From Halichondria panicea (lineage: Eukaryota), in NCBI RefSeq assembly GCF_963675165.1, contig NC_087384.1:2614315-2678314 (forward strand): 64,000 bases of DNA. Reading direction: 5' to 3'. Below the pieces are notes generated by a model. That model saw nothing but the letters and a program-made list of their open reading frames with translations. It was not told the DNA's origin and did not search any database. The position numbers were made by a program, and so were the translations under genes. Below, piece after piece: positions 63,530 to 64,000 of the stretch; within the stretch, counting starts at the first letter, position 1; each line of letters starts with the position of its first letter.

Positions 63530-64000
63530 CCACTTAAATGAAAGCACCGCGGGTGCTGATGCCTCGGTGGAGGTGCCAAAGCTACAGAACATAAAGCTAC
63601 TAATAGCTAGCTTTTATACACACATTGATTATAATTATCATGATGAATTTTGCTGCATGCAGAATCCAGAATCACAGGGAAACTCAAAGAGTGGGTAATG
63701 ATCGACGATGATCGTTGTTAAAACAATCAATGCCAAAAGTTCAAGTCTAAAATTAATGGCTGCAAGTCAACAGAGCCTTGCAGCTCTCTTCTCACTCTTG
63801 CAGGTACCAATAGCTAGCGTTCTAGTGCAGAGTTAACTACTAAGTAGAGTAGCAACACTCGGTGAACAAGTTTTGCTACGGACTCTTCTGAAAAGGCTGC
63901 AATGGCATTCCAAGTAAGCAAAACTAGGCATAACTCGAGAACGAAGCTTTATTTTGCAAATCCACAAATACCAAGCCAAGAAAACATGACTAGAAGCCTA
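63530..64000 (+). repeat. (CA)n-tailed repeat family, copy 3 (runs off the window end)
   Basis: Collinear with 3420-3990. Confidence 0.7.

Overview
This is an intron-rich, AT-rich eukaryotic nuclear window. It is most consistent with a marine invertebrate: GT-AG introns, (CA)n and (GT)n microsatellites, many MITEs, and an XBP1 unconventional intron of 23 nt. Genes are tightly packed, in this order: (1) two head-to-tail paralogs of a Tks/SH3PXD2-like adaptor (PX domain + 3 SH3 domains), + strand, 1299-7281 and 7548-14069. (2) an ACAD10/ACAD11-like tripartite gene (HAD hydrolase + APH kinase-like + acyl-CoA dehydrogenase), - strand, 14605-23170, 18 exons. (3) GTF2H3 (TFIIH p34), - strand, 23368-25922. 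(4) an intronless Tubby-like gene, - strand, 26143-27609. (5) major vault protein MVP, + strand, 28229-36017, 14 exons. (6) XBP1, - strand, 36667-38143, with a 23-nt IRE1-type unconventional intron whose removal joins the bZIP exon in frame to the C-terminal exon. (7) a D-glutamate cyclase-like gene (DUF1445 family), + strand, 38495-40450. (8) a ~7.7 kb repeat and transposon island, 40.6-48.3 kb, containing a degenerate LTR-retrotransposon integrase, nested inverted repeats, a 680-bp tandem duplication and a MITE. (9) a convergent pair of intronless genes: a GNAT N-acetyltransferase (+, 48397-49320) and a METTL27-like SAM methyltransferase (-, 49441-50223). (10) an MFS-type transporter with a Cys-rich extracellular loop, OATP-like, + strand, about 51.7-55.5 kb. 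(11) ZWILCH, + strand, 56538-58358. (12) the 5' part of a Q/P/G/M/Y-rich low-complexity gene, + strand, from 62.6 kb on. Several dispersed repeat families, MITEs with long TIRs, and one retroelement insertion with target-site duplication are also present. Exon coordinates come from manual splice-site and frame reasoning anchored to the supplied ORF track; treat them as +/-1-3 nt. This is a eukaryotic window, so no prokaryotic-style defence or CRISPR system is expected, and none was seen.
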